In this document: positions 45,144-53,301 of the stretch, in pieces
Position numbering within the stretch: position 1 is the first letter of the stretch
Layout: each line of letters starts with the position of its first letter
Source of the DNA: an uncultured Clostridia bacterium
GTDB lineage: Bacteria; Bacillota; Clostridia; Christensenellales; Borkfalkiaceae
Length of the DNA: 58,792 nt
Assembly: GCA_964468955.1 (NCBI GenBank)
Contig: CAYXXB010000001.1
Coordinates: forward strand, 1-58,792
Reading direction: 5' to 3'
Notes under the pieces: generated by a model
What the model saw: the letters and a program-made list of their open reading frames with translations, nothing else
Databases searched by the model: none
Told to the model about the DNA's origin: nothing
Position numbers and translations under genes: made by a program

Positions 45144-48100
45144 TTAATCCTGTTCTCCGTCGTCGGGCTGTTCGCCATCCTCAGGCTTACTTTCTTCTGC
45201 AGGCTCGTCGAATACGGGCGGTGCGATTTCGGGTTCTTCTTCGGCAGATTGCTCTTCAACCTCGGGTTCTTCCGCAGGCGCTTGTTCTTCGGCGGGTTCG
45301 TCGAATACAGGCGGTGCGATTTCTTCCGCCTGCTCGGCAGGTTCTTCCGAGGCAGGTTGTTCTTCAACAGGCTCGTCGAATACGGGCGGTGCGATTTCCT
45401 CTTCAACAGGCTCTTGAACGGCCGTTTCAGCTTCTTCCTGCTCCGCTTCGGGCTGGGCTTCTACCGCCTCTTCCGCATCTTCCTGCTCCGTTTCAAGCTG
45501 CTCCTCTGCCGTTTCCGCTTCTTCCTCTGCGGGAGCTTCCGAAACGGATTGCTCTTCAAAAGGCTCGTCCGCTTCGGGTACTACTTCTTCAATCTCGGGT
45601 TCTTCCTCGACAGGCTGATTGTATACGGGCTGTGCAACAGGCTGATTGTATACGGGCTGCTGATAAATAGGTCTTCCGTATATATCGTACATAGGTCTGC
45701 CGTACATATCGTACATAGGCTGACCGTATACAGGCTGTTGTGCGGCTGGTTGAGCCGTAGGCTGTTCGTAAACAGGCTCTTCTACGGGTTCAACCTCGGG
45801 TTCGACTTCCTCAACCTCGGGTTCAGTCTCTTCAAATTTTTCAACCTCGGGTTCGTCCTCTTCTGGTTCGATTTCAGGTTCAACCTCTTCAGCTACTTCA
45901 GCCGCTTTAATCTCGGGTTGCTCCCCGACGGATTCTTCAACGGCGGGTTCTTCCCCGATATTTTCCTTATTATGCGCATGTTCCGCCTCGTTGTTTGCTT
46001 CAAGCACGTGCATAATCGAAATCTGCTGAGCATCGGATTCGCCGTCGTGTTCAGCCCCTTCGTGATGCTCAGTATTGTGACCTTCGGGAGTGTGTCCGCC
46101 GCCTCCGTTACCGCCATGAGGCGTACCGTCTCCGTCGTGTCCGCCCTTCTTGCGCTTGTAGTAAAGCATTAAAATTACTAATACAACTACCGCACACACG
46201 AGAAGCGCTATTAAAACGCAAAGTAAAATTATTACAACGTCGTTTAAGGAATTGTAAATTAGGAACGTTTTAGAAAATTGTATGCCTTTATACGTATCCG
46301 TCGTACCCTCTACGCTCGCTATCAGAACGTAAGAACCCGCTTTCATTCCGACAAGCCTGTTTAAGCCGCTTACGCTGTCGTAATAAACGTCGTCCATATC
46401 GTCTTCGGCAACAATTTTGAACGTTACCGTGCCGTATTTGGGCGTTGCCGTAGGGTATTTAGGGGTTTGGCTGTCAGACCAGCTTTTAATGTCGGGTTCG
46501 GCTATCCAGCCGTTATCCGCAAGCTCGACCGTAAACTCATACGCAGCCTTTTCAATCTCCTTATGAGTATCCGTTTCCAAAACAAAACACCACAAATAAT
46601 ATGTGCCGGCTTTAAGTTTATTGAACGCGGCTTCCGCTTCCGCAGATACTACGCCGTTTTCCGCCGTGAACGATTCCAAACTGGCAACGTAGTTTAAACC
46701 TTCCGCGTCGTAAGTCACGCCGAATACGGGCGAGAAAACCAACGGCTTAGCCGCGATTAAATTGATCGTACGGTCAAACGAATTCCACTGATAATCTGCA
46801 AGATTAGGGTTGGTAAGCCATCTGTTGGTTGCTTTATCTATTATATAATTGACTTTGCAGACTGCGCCTTCGATTCCCTTCCAGCGGTAATGCACGTTAT
46901 CCAACAACGTGAGGGTCGCTTCGTAAGTTCCGATTGCCGTCTGAACGTTGTCTTCTATCGTATAGCGCGCGTCTTCTTCCGCAGGAGTCACTGTCTGAGC
47001 TTCGCCCGTATATTCTACAACTACGAATTCGGGAATTTCAAGAACTTCGTAAAGTATGATATCGAAGTATTTGCCGCCGTCAGCAACCGCTTCGCTTTCG
47101 TAGTTGCGCAAATTTATCTGATAATAAATTCGGTAAGTGTCCGCTCCCGCAATGAGAGCAGCCCATTCCTCGGCTGATGCGGGCAGGTATTCGGCATCTT
47201 CAATGACAAGACTGAATGTAAGGTAAGGTTTTTCGTCGAAATAATCGTCGAAAACTTCCGCCCAATAAGTGTTGCTGTTTACGATTGTCTGCTTGCTGAA
47301 AGCGCCTTCAACAAACGTTTTGCCTGCCGTAACGCCGAAGAAATTGTTATAATCGCCTTTTATTGAACCAAAATCGACCTCGTAAGGCTTCATTTGATCG
47401 TTATCTTTGAAATTTACGTCCAAATCGTCGTAAATACAGGTATCTGCCGTTACTTCGAAATCGAACGACAGTGTTGTACCCATATATGCGTTGCCGCAAT
47501 TAGAGCTGTTACCAAGCCACCAATCAACGTGGGCGCCGTATAAGGTTACAAGTTTGGTATTGAACGTAATCGTATACACGCCTACGGGCGTATATTCGTT
47601 TATATAGTAGCTGAAACGCGAACGGGGTTGATCGCGGCAAATAAGCGTATCTCCGCGCATTATCGTGAACGTTACGATATCTTTACTGCCGTCACGCCAC
47701 CCATCATCGTAATATTTGATTGTTAAAAGCTGTTCGCCGTTTTCATCTAGAATAGGATTACCTTCTTCGTCGGTACTTTCAATAACCGTAAACGCCAATA
47801 TAAGGTCAACGTCAAGCTTGTAGCCGTTGGGTTGCTCATACCTGCTCACACCGCTTAAAATTTCGTCGCCGTGAGCAACGCAGGGTGCGTATATTCCGCC
47901 TTCGGGCAATTTCCCGAAGGTCCATCCCGTCGGAAATACGTATTCATCTTTATCCCTTGACTCCGCACTCGAACGATCCATATATTCGTTGAAATACTGA
48001 ACCACGTACCAATCCTTTGTTACAAGGTACGTGCCGTCGTCGTTTTTCCGGACAGTCATACCAAGATCGGATTCGGTTTTTCCGGCTGCTTCCAAGTCAA

Positions 48101-49244
48101 AATACAGCGAATAGTTTGCAATAGGTTTAACTATCGCGGTAGCTTTGTAACTGCCTAATTCGCTCGCCTCGTTATCAGTGTATTCGGCGTTAAAGTATGC
48201 ATCCGAACCGCTGTCGAGATAGAGCTTTATAATATTATTAACGCCTTCGCAGTACGACACTAACGACCGCTCATTGGGATTAGAAGAGGATACAGCCGTC
48301 CAATTTTCCCAATCAGAATAAGGGGCCTTAGCCAATTCGGAAGCGGAATAGAACTTCTTCACTTCCCCGCTGTCGGTAACGTTATAAGAATATTCGTACG
48401 CAGCGCCAAGGTTAAGTTCGTTATGTCCAGACCTGCCGCGAACCCACGCCAATTTTTCGGCGAGATTTAAGCTTAACGGCTTGATTACAAGTCTGAACGT
48501 GGGATTTTCGTAATTGCTTTCGTCTGAAACGGTGAAATCGTAAGTTCCGACGTCAATTACCTGACTATCCCTCGTTGATTCTTTATCTGTACCCGAGTCC
48601 TTGATTATCGTTAAATTATTGTAATTTTTTTCTTTCGAATACTTTATGCTGCCAAGAAAAGCCCAAACGTGTTCGATTCTGTTAGGGTCCGGCGCTCTCC
48701 AATATGAGGTTTCCGCATAAGCTTCCTCGTTTATCTTTCCCGCTAAATCGGCATGATCGGTAGAGTTCGGTTCCTTATACCACCATTCGAGATGAGCTTT
48801 CTCTATTGTGAGCTGAAATGTTTTTTCTCCCGTACCGCCGTCAGAACGCCATACGCAGTTTTCGGCAGGGATTACAGTGACGGTATATTCGCCGGCGTCC
48901 TTCGCGCCGGGTTCTTTTACCGTGTTTCCCGTGCCGTCATCATGCGTAACAAACGCTTCTTCCTCGGACACTACATTTCCTTCACTGTCAAAAATCTTTT
49001 TTAAAAATTTTTTATATTGGAAACGCTCTCTGTCAACATTTTCCGCAGTCCAAGGATCTCCGTTGAAAATCATGGATTGATCATCGGGATCGTCAATTTC
49101 AATCTGCCCTTCGTCAGCAACGGCAACAGGCGTTTGAACACCCTCTCCACGCGCAAAACAAATAAAAGGTATCGCTGCGCTTATTAGCATCACCAACAAA
49201 ATCAAGTTCAAAACGTTTACTATTTTACGTACGTGTTTTGACAT
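45144..49244 (-). CDS. 1,366-aa type-I membrane protein (locus protein F)
   Basis: RBS gagagga and signal peptide 'LNLILLVMLISAAIPFICFA'. The ectodomain is about 1,000 aa with MBG-like units, e.g. 'EYTGEAQTVTPAEEDARYTIEDNVQTAIGTYEATLTL'. TM 'VVIILLCVLIALLVCAVVVLVILMLYY' + KRKK is followed by a tail of about 339 aa that is acidic and P/H-rich. Confidence 0.8.
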   Translation of the reverse strand: MSKHVRKIVNVLNLILLVMLISAAIPFICFARGEGVQTPVAVADEGQIEIDDPDDQSMIFNGDPWTAENVDRERFQYKKFLKKIFDSEGNVVSEEEAFVTHDDGTGNTVKEPGAKDAGEYTVTVIPAENCVWRSDGGTGEKTFQLTIEKAHLEWWYKEPNSTDHADLAGKINEEAYAETSYWRAPDPNRIEHVWAFLGSIKYSKEKNYNNLTIIKDSGTDKESTRDSQVIDVGTYDFTVSDESNYENPTFRLVIKPLSLNLAEKLAWVRGRSGHNELNLGAAYEYSYNVTDSGEVKKFYSASELAKAPYSDWENWTAVSSSNPNERSLVSYCEGVNNIIKLYLDSGSDAYFNAEYTDNEASELGSYKATAIVKPIANYSLYFDLEAAGKTESDLGMTVRKNDDGTYLVTKDWYVVQYFNEYMDRSSAESRDKDEYVFPTGWTFGKLPEGGIYAPCVAHGDEILSGVSRYEQPNGYKLDVDLILAFTVIESTDEEGNPILDENGEQLLTIKYYDDGWRDGSKDIVTFTIMRGDTLICRDQPRSRFSYYINEYTPVGVYTITFNTKLVTLYGAHVDWWLGNSSNCGNAYMGTTLSFDFEVTADTCIYDDLDVNFKDNDQMKPYEVDFGSIKGDYNNFFGVTAGKTFVEGAFSKQTIVNSNTYWAEVFDDYFDEKPYLTFSLVIEDAEYLPASAEEWAALIAGADTYRIYYQINLRNYESEAVADGGKYFDIILYEVLEIPEFVVVEYTGEAQTVTPAEEDARYTIEDNVQTAIGTYEATLTLLDNVHYRWKGIEGAVCKVNYIIDKATNRWLTNPNLADYQWNSFDRTINLIAAKPLVFSPVFGVTYDAEGLNYVASLESFTAENGVVSAEAEAAFNKLKAGTYYLWCFVLETDTHKEIEKAAYEFTVELADNGWIAEPDIKSWSDSQTPKYPTATPKYGTVTFKIVAEDDMDDVYYDSVSGLNRLVGMKAGSYVLIASVEGTTDTYKGIQFSKTFLIYNSLNDVVIILLCVLIALLVCAVVVLVILMLYYKRKKGGHDGDGTPHGGNGGGGHTPEGHNTEHHEGAEHDGESDAQQISIMHVLEANNEAEHAHNKENIGEEPAVEESVGEQPEIKAAEVAEEVEPEIEPEEDEPEVEKFEETEPEVEEVEPEVEPVEEPVYEQPTAQPAAQQPVYGQPMYDMYGRPMYDIYGRPIYQQPVYNQPVAQPVYNQPVEEEPEIEEVVPEADEPFEEQSVSEAPAEEEAETAEEQLETEQEDAEEAVEAQPEAEQEEAETAVQEPVEEEIAPPVFDEPVEEQPASEEPAEQAEEIAPPVFDEPAEEQAPAEEPEVEEQSAEEEPEIAPPVFDEPAEESKPEDGEQPDDGEQD
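45202..45398 (-). repeat. three dispersed copies of a 29-nt unit encoding 'IAPPVFDEP' in the tail of protein F
   Basis: ggctcgtcgaatacgggcggtgcgatttc at 45202 and 45370. A 2-mismatch copy is at 45294. Confidence 0.85.
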
Positions 49245-49331
49245 TACAATTCCTCTCTAAATTGACCGTTCGTATACGGATTAACCCGAAAAATGTGTAT
49301 AATAAGGTACGATACACAATTATACGTATAT

Positions 49332-49360
49332 ATTTTAACATTTACTTTATTGTCAGTCAA
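49332..49360 (-). promoter_or_regulatory. putative sigma-A promoter of gene F (TTGACT-17-TAAAAT)
   Basis: Minus-strand ttgact (49360-49355), 17-nt spacer, taaaat (49337-49332), about 90 nt upstream of the F start. Confidence 0.55.
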
Positions 49361-49435
49361 GCGCCGTAACGAAAAATTATTTGACTAATTGTAGAAATTA
49401 GCCAAAGAAATTTGTCATTAAGGTGCGTATAAAAT

Positions 49436-49478
49436 AAGACGGCTTGCGCCAAAAACCGCGCAAGCCGTCTTTATTTTT
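49436..49478. terminator. bidirectional intrinsic terminator after the DeoC-like gene
   Basis: 14-bp stem aagacggcttgcgc/gcgcaagccgtctt with A/T runs on both sides. Confidence 0.75.
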
Positions 49479-49499
49479 CCCGATTAGGTCTTCTCAATT

Positions 49500-50249
49500 T
49501 TAAATTTCAGACTGACTTTTTATGAGTGAAGCCAACTCGCAGGCATTCTTACTGTTGACGTAGTCCGCACCCATCACGCAAAAATTAGCGAATGAAGAAA
49601 GCGAGTTGGCGCAATCGGCTTTTATCAGGCATTTCCCGCGGACCGCCTGTTTGACCTTTGAAACAATTTCACCGTCCGCACCGTTAAGGCGAATACAATG
49701 CACCCCCGCATCGGCGGCAGCAGCGCACGCTTTAACAAGCCCCGCCGCATCCAAGAGCGAACACTCGAAAACAATGCGCGCGGAAATTTTCTTTGCCGCC
49801 TTTCTTAGTTTTTTACATTCACGCTTAAAATATGCGTAATTGCCGTCCTTGATAAGCTGAATCGGAGCATAGACTTCGACCTCGTCCACTCCGTCCTTTA
49901 CGGCGCGCTTTACCGCGTCGGCTTTAATTTCCGTCGTATCCATACCGTGCGGATATGATATCGCCGCTATAAGCGAGCATTTGGGGTCCTTGCCCAAAAA
50001 AGCTACGCACGCTTTTACATATGCGGGAAAGACAACCACCGCGCCTAGGACAAGCCGTTCGGCATTAATGCACGTTTCCCTTAAAACGGCTTTGTCAGAA
50101 TAAGGCGAAAGGCAGTCGCACTCTATTTTTGCGATGTTAGCCCTTGCCTCCTCTTCACGTTTCATTCTCTTGAATTCTTTAAAAGCGTTCTCGTCGTCTA
50201 TCGAGTTTGAATCATCTGTAATATTTCGGTTATCCGTAACGTCCTGCAT
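49500..50249 (-). CDS. DeoC/LacD-fold aldolase-like protein, apparently lacking the catalytic lysines
   Basis: Collinear with deoxyribose-phosphate aldolase ('ISYPHGMDTTEIKADAVKRAVKDGVDEVEV...IKDGNY'). The 'F(V/I)KTSTG' Schiff-base segment reads 'HCIRLNGADG'. Confidence 0.5.
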   Translation of the reverse strand: MQDVTDNRNITDDSNSIDDENAFKEFKRMKREEEARANIAKIECDCLSPYSDKAVLRETCINAERLVLGAVVVFPAYVKACVAFLGKDPKCSLIAAISYPHGMDTTEIKADAVKRAVKDGVDEVEVYAPIQLIKDGNYAYFKRECKKLRKAAKKISARIVFECSLLDAAGLVKACAAAADAGVHCIRLNGADGEIVSKVKQAVRGKCLIKADCANSLSSFANFCVMGADYVNSKNACELASLIKSQSEI

Positions 50250-50313
50250 AAAAACTCCTTAAAATATATAATTTTACAATAATCCTCATTCGCCAGTGCC
50301 GTAATATGAAAGT

Positions 50314-50553
50314 ATGGGAATGTTAGGTCTTTTGTATATCGTTTTAATATTTTCGGTGTGTTTTGCTTTGGTGCTTTTTATAAAACTTGCGCTGATAGGG
50401 TTGAAGAGCTTACGCAAGAAACCCGAACCCAAACCGCCCGTGGAGAAAAAGCCGGAAAAGAAAGTCGAACCCGTGTACTACATAGTGGAAAAGAAGCGCG
50501 CAAAACGCAGCAGCTATTCCGCTCCGAAAGAAATCACTTTCAAGGAAAAATAA
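50314..50553 (+). CDS. small membrane protein with a K/P-rich tail (79 aa)
   Basis: N-terminal hydrophobic helix 'LLYIVLIFSVCFALVLFIKLALIGL', then 'KKPEPKPPVEKKPEKKVEP'. Confidence 0.45.
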   Translation: MGMLGLLYIVLIFSVCFALVLFIKLALIGLKSLRKKPEPKPPVEKKPEKKVEPVYYIVEKKRAKRSSYSAPKEITFKEK

Positions 50554-50580
50554 ACTTTATACTTTTATCAAACTCGTCAC

Positions 50581-50697
50581 TCCGTTGATAAGCGAGCAAG
50601 ACAAGGCGTGCGCGGCTTGACCGCATGGAGTTTACTAAGTGTAAATGACCAAGGGTAAACGCAAGCACAACGCAGTATTACAAAGCTTATCAACGGA
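50581..50697. other. 117-nt element closed by a perfect 13-bp stem (candidate structured RNA or REP-like element)
   Basis: tccgttgataagc (50581-50593) pairs with gcttatcaacgga (50685-50697). Internal complementary pairs include gtttac/gtaaac and gcgg/ccgc. Confidence 0.3.
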
Positions 50698-50702
50698 TAA
50701 TT

Positions 50703-51053
50703 TTAATCTTCATACTTAGTCAAATTTTTTCCGTCCTCCCACAGCCTCTCAAGGCAATAGAAGTCTCGGGCGTCGTCGTTGAAAATATGCACGATTACGT
50801 CCTGATAATCTAGCACCGCCCACCTGCCTTCGCGAACGCCTTCCTGGCGGCGGGGAGTTATGCCGTACTCCTTATCAAGTTTCTCGTCTAAATTTTCCGC
50901 GAGCGATTTAACCTGCGTGGACGAAGTTCCGCTGCAAATTACAAAATAATCGCAAAGCGAAGTCTTATCCTCCACGTCTATATAAACTATATTTCGTCCT
51001 TTTTTTGCACTGAGATAAGCGCAAATCAAATTGACTTTTTCTTTACTTGTCAT
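50703..51053 (-). CDS. rsfS: ribosome silencing factor RsfS (iojap family)
   Basis: 'DYFVICSGTSSTQVKSLAENL...WAVLDYQDVIVHIF' is the hallmark. It overlaps the nadD-yqeK stop by 4 nt. Confidence 0.9.
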   Translation of the reverse strand: MTSKEKVNLICAYLSAKKGRNIVYIDVEDKTSLCDYFVICSGTSSTQVKSLAENLDEKLDKEYGITPRRQEGVREGRWAVLDYQDVIVHIFNDDARDFYCLERLWEDGKNLTKYED

Positions 51054-52180
51054 TGGTTGTTCTCCTTAATAAAATCATATGCCTTCTGAGTGAGTTCGTA
51101 AACTTTTCCGCCCGTGCCGTTCAGATATTCGATCTGACGTTTCAACTGCTCCTTAAGGCATTTATCTATGTCTTCTTTAAAAATTGCGCGAAGCTCTTCC
51201 ACGCCGGCGAACGTTCTACTTTCTTCCAAGACGTCGGCAAGGAACAAAAGCTTGTCGGCGGACGACATATTTTCTTTGCCGCTCGTATGGCAGGCAATCG
51301 CGTCGAGTACCGTCCTATCCGTAATTCCGAAAGCGTGTTTTGCAAGATACGCCCCCGCATATTGGTGAACGACGGGTTCGGGGACGCCCTGCGGGCAGGT
51401 AAAACCTTGGAGCTGCGGGCTGGTTTCGTCGAGATATTTTGCACTGTCGTGAAGCGCCGCCATCGTTACCGCCTGTTCTTCTGATACGTGCGCACGGGGC
51501 GCGTTTTCCGCGCAGATTACCGCAACGCCGAGCGTATGAAGCCACCGCTTTTGTGGCATCAGCTCTTTGACCTTCCACAGATTGGGCAAGGCATATAAGC
51601 CGTTCTCTTTAATATATTGACAAACTTTTTCGTCCACATACCCCGAAAAATCTTCGCCGAGAGCCGCGAGCGTGCGGATACGCGTAGAGCTTACCGCGTC
51701 GCCGACGTAGGATATCGTTTCGACATGAGTATTAAATTGCTTTTCAACGTTTTGCTTGTATGAAAGAAACCTTTCCGTCGTTTCTCTTGCGCACGCGGCG
51801 AGAGTTAAGTTTGCAAGAATTTCCTGCGGATTTTTCCACGTAGGGAAGCTTTTCAGCATATCCGCGCCGATTAAAAAAAACAGCTCGTCATGCGGGTATA
51901 AAGCACGGAAATAACTGCTGGTAAGGCATGTGTAGGAAACGCCGCCGCGGGTGAGTTCGTAGTTGCTCACTTCCGCCTGCTTAACGCACGAAAAAGCGAG
52001 ACGGCACATCTCGAACCGCCGCCAGAAATCGACGACGGGTCTGCCCTGTTTGTGCGGACTTATCGCCGACGGCATGATTATTATTTTGTCGAGAGCAAGC
52101 TCCTTTACCGCCGCTTTTGCGAGGTTGACATGCTCGCGGTGGACGGGATTGAACGCTCCGCCGAAAATCGCTATTCTCAT
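51050..52180 (-). CDS. nadD: fused nicotinate-nucleotide adenylyltransferase (NadD) and YqeK HD-domain phosphohydrolase
   Basis: N-terminal half has 'IFGGAFNPVHREH' and 'SSTRIR'. C-terminal half has 'HTLGVAV...AALHDSAK' and 'HTSG'. Confidence 0.85.
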   Translation of the reverse strand: MRIAIFGGAFNPVHREHVNLAKAAVKELALDKIIIMPSAISPHKQGRPVVDFWRRFEMCRLAFSCVKQAEVSNYELTRGGVSYTCLTSSYFRALYPHDELFFLIGADMLKSFPTWKNPQEILANLTLAACARETTERFLSYKQNVEKQFNTHVETISYVGDAVSSTRIRTLAALGEDFSGYVDEKVCQYIKENGLYALPNLWKVKELMPQKRWLHTLGVAVICAENAPRAHVSEEQAVTMAALHDSAKYLDETSPQLQGFTCPQGVPEPVVHQYAGAYLAKHAFGITDRTVLDAIACHTSGKENMSSADKLLFLADVLEESRTFAGVEELRAIFKEDIDKCLKEQLKRQIEYLNGTGGKVYELTQKAYDFIKENNQ

Positions 52181-52229
52181 AATATTTTCTTACTGTATAA
52201 ATTTTGCTTATTCCGTCAATAACCGCGGT

Positions 52230-52979
52230 ATGAAAAAAATAAATTTCGCACTTATTTCGGACAGCGTATTCGTTGCGCTCTGCACGTTTTTATTCGGGTT
52301 TACGCTTATCAGATTTTACTTGAAATCAGCTGTGTTGGCGCTCGTTTTAGCTATCGCCGCCGCATTGTTTTTCGGCTTTCTGTCTTTCGCTTTAATGTAC
52401 AGAAAGCGCAAGAAAAAACTGATTTTTTTTATGAACTCCCGCGAGAAAAAAACTCTCACCCTGCACCTTTCGGTATGCAGTGAAAAATACGTTTCAGATC
52501 TGTTCCAAAAAGCGTTGGACGGCACATATGCCGTGGGTAACCGCCTTGAAGACGACGAAAATGCTTATTTTTTCTATTTTACGATATCCCCGCTTTCGCC
52601 CGACGACGTTGCAAACACTATCAAATGCGGAACGGAAAAACGCAAAATAATTTATTGCTGTATTGCAGGTGCGGAAGCTTTAAATCTTGCCGCAGACTTC
52701 GACGTAAAAATTAAACAGATAGGCGAAGTTTACGAACTTCTTAAAGAGAAAAATCTTCTGCCCGAAAAATACGCCTGCGGGGAATTTAAAAAGCAAAGCG
52801 TATGGAAAACCATAAAAAAACGCTTTAACAGAAAGCTCTGCCCGACGCTGTTTTACTGCGGGCTGAGCCTGCTGTTTTTCAGCTTTTTTACGTTTTATAA
52901 AATCTACTATATCGTGTTCGGAGGACTGCTTTTAGTGCTTGCCTCTATCAGCCTGCTGTTCGGTCAACCTAACCGTTGA
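52230..52979 (+). CDS. hypothetical membrane protein (249 aa)
   Basis: The start is set at MKKINFALISD, because the longer ORF would overlap nadD on the opposite strand. It has two N-terminal and two C-terminal hydrophobic helices around a soluble middle domain. Confidence 0.5.
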   Translation: MKKINFALISDSVFVALCTFLFGFTLIRFYLKSAVLALVLAIAAALFFGFLSFALMYRKRKKKLIFFMNSREKKTLTLHLSVCSEKYVSDLFQKALDGTYAVGNRLEDDENAYFFYFTISPLSPDDVANTIKCGTEKRKIIYCCIAGAEALNLAADFDVKIKQIGEVYELLKEKNLLPEKYACGEFKKQSVWKTIKKRFNRKLCPTLFYCGLSLLFFSFFTFYKIYYIVFGGLLLVLASISLLFGQPNR

Positions 52980-52987
52980 AAACAGCT

Positions 52988-53281
52988 TTAATCAAGCTGA
53001 ATATGCTTAAAATCTTTCTTGGAAGATTTGCGGTATAACACTGCTTTCCGTCCGATAACTATAACACATTCGGCGTTCAATCTTGCCGCAAGTTCCCTTC
53101 CTATCGCCTGAGGTTCACCGTCCGCATTTTCAAGAATATGCACCTTGATAAGCTCTCTCGCCTCTAAACAGTCCGAAAAGGACTTCAGCATATTTTCGCC
53201 TATTCCCTCCTTGCCTACCTGACCTATAGGGTCAAGATTGGCGGCGAGGGATTTTAATTTACTCCTTTGTTTACTTGTCAT
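52988..53281 (-). CDS. yhbY: YhbY/CRM-domain RNA-binding protein
   Basis: 'LKSLAANLDPIGQVGKEGI...ELIKV' matches the YhbY pattern. Confidence 0.85.
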   Translation of the reverse strand: MTSKQRSKLKSLAANLDPIGQVGKEGIGENMLKSFSDCLEARELIKVHILENADGEPQAIGRELAARLNAECVIVIGRKAVLYRKSSKKDFKHIQLD

Positions 53282-53301
53282 AACTTTTCCTCTTTCTTTT
53301 C

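Noticed and set aside
10552-46000. Tandem and dispersed repeats considered as a possible CRISPR array or mobile-element termini
   Set aside because: All repeats are in-frame parts of coding sequence (periods of 18, 51 and about 80-90 nt, with no unique spacers of uniform length). No cas, transposase, integrase or recombinase gene occurs in the window, and no flanking direct repeats or tRNA were recognised. I therefore see no evidence that the locus is a mobile island.
45030-46172. 380-aa plus-strand ORF (and 45221-45670) overlapping the 3' end of gene F
   Set aside because: The translation is a low-complexity F/R/L-rich mirror of the acidic/proline tail. It also crosses the F terminator hairpin. 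The minus-strand frame continues without interruption from a signal peptide, ectodomain and TM.
21936-49244. LPXTG sortase signals, SLH domains or an autotransporter beta-barrel as the anchoring mechanism for the giant proteins
   Set aside because: Reading the C-terminal 100 aa of proteins B, D, E and F shows no LPXTG followed by a hydrophobic and basic tail, no SLH-like triplet and no terminal beta-barrel. 'LPGTF' in protein E is internal and lacks the required Gly.
51963-52229. N-terminal 89-codon extension of the 52230-52979 membrane-protein ORF
   Set aside because: It would overlap nadD on the opposite strand and encodes an R/S/C-rich sequence. A plausible start, MKKINF..., lies in the intergenic gap.
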